A DNA stretch of 19,148 bases from Candidatus Hodarchaeota archaeon (GTDB lineage: Archaea; Asgardarchaeota; Heimdallarchaeia; Hodarchaeales; Hodarchaeaceae). Positions 18,527 to 19,148 of the stretch are shown one piece after another. The position numbers were made by a program, and so were the translations under genes. Positions within the stretch are counted from its first letter, which is position 1. Each line of letters begins with the position of its first letter. The stretch spans positions 1-19,148 of the forward strand of contig JAHQWW010000071.1 in NCBI GenBank assembly GCA_029856365.1, given 5' to 3'. The notes beneath the pieces were generated by a model, which did no database searches, had not been told where the DNA came from, and was given only the letters and a program-made list of their open reading frames with translations.

Positions 18527-19147
18527 TTAGGAAAATAATGTCAAATTTTCAAGTTTTTCTAATACTATATTGTACGCTTTTTTTTCTAATTCTTCAAGTA
18601 ATGTGCTTTTACCATTTAAGAAAAAATCAATGATATAGGGATGGGCAGCTTGAGGAATGTTTAATCTCCTAAATTCGCTCTTGTCTAGCTCAAAAACATC
18701 TTTGGGATGTTTTTCCAGAAAAGTTGCTGCTTTGTTTAATTGGTATGTTTCACCCGAGGATTTTTCTCGAATAATCCAGGAGGCAATGTAGGCAGCTCTC
18801 AGCAATATTTCAACGAGTCGGAGATTATTCTCAATCCGTCCAGGGGGGATATATCGTTTTGAAGTATAAGGAAGACTAAATTCATGGTTGTATTTGAATG
18901 ATTTTATCTCTGGATAGATAAGATTAAGCCTTTTTAATTGAAAATAATCTAAAGTCCCATATTTATTGTTGTTTCCATACAATTGCCGATATTTAGATAA
19001 AAGATGGGGATAATGTTTTTGGATTGTACGGAGAAAACTTATTTTATTTCTACCAGGTTTTAGGGTTAATGACCAAACGTATACAAATTCTGCACCTACA
19101 TCTATCGCTTTCTGAAATATTGCTAGCATATTTTCGTCTGTATCTCC
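18527..19147 (-). CDS. C-terminal part of a radical-SAM protein, SplB/Rv2578c-like (5' end outside the window)
   Basis: Frame is open to the window edge (GDTDENMLAIFQKAIDVGAEFV..SLTLKPG..K..F...I..HYPHL..KY..LY), resembling the post-barrel segment of this family. The CxxxCxxC motif is not in the window. Confidence 0.6.
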   Translation of the reverse strand, partial: GDTDENMLAIFQKAIDVGAEFVYVWSLTLKPGRNKISFLRTIQKHYPHLLSKYRQLYGNNNKYGTLDYFQLKRLNLIYPEIKSFKYNHEFSLPYTSKRYIPPGRIENNLRLVEILLRAAYIASWIIREKSSGETYQLNKAATFLEKHPKDVFELDKSEFRRLNIPQAAHPYIIDFFLNGKSTLLEELEKKAYNIVLEKLENLTLFS

Positions 19148-19148
19148 A

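Noticed and set aside
18527-19147. Radical-SAM gene as part of the defence system (viperin-like)
   Set aside because: It is convergent, truncated, and resembles the SplB/Rv2578c type; nothing links it to the operon.
1-19148. CRISPR array, tRNA/rRNA, transposase or complete integrase
   Set aside because: No regularly spaced repeats, RNA-gene signatures or catalytic motifs seen; repeats in 3754-5421 are protein-level SBBP repeats.

Overview
AT-rich archaeal-type window. GGTGA/GGTGAGG ribosome sites, TATA-like boxes and the gene families suggest an Asgard/Heimdallarchaeia-like host (inference). Left to right: the 5' part of an MtmB-family methyltransferase (minus strand, not in the ORF track) with Lys at the pyrrolysine position; an iodotyrosine-deiodinase-type nitroreductase; an LRR protein ending in a TerB_C-like domain; a minus-strand trio (orphan family-5 solute-binding protein, membrane-tethered wHTH regulator, secreted SBBP beta-propeller protein), with a palindromic operator-like motif shared upstream of the binding-protein and beta-propeller genes; a four-gene Shango-like defence operon (SngA with UVR motif + 2x TerB_N + TerB_C, DUF2791/BrxD-family ATPase, TWO tandem Lhr-like helicases); and the 3' part of a radical-SAM (SplB/Rv2578c-like) gene. 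Top candidate for novelty: an expanded Shango variant plus a nearby LRR-TerB_C protein that could be a plug-in sensor or regulator. All family calls are by motif recognition; no searches were run.
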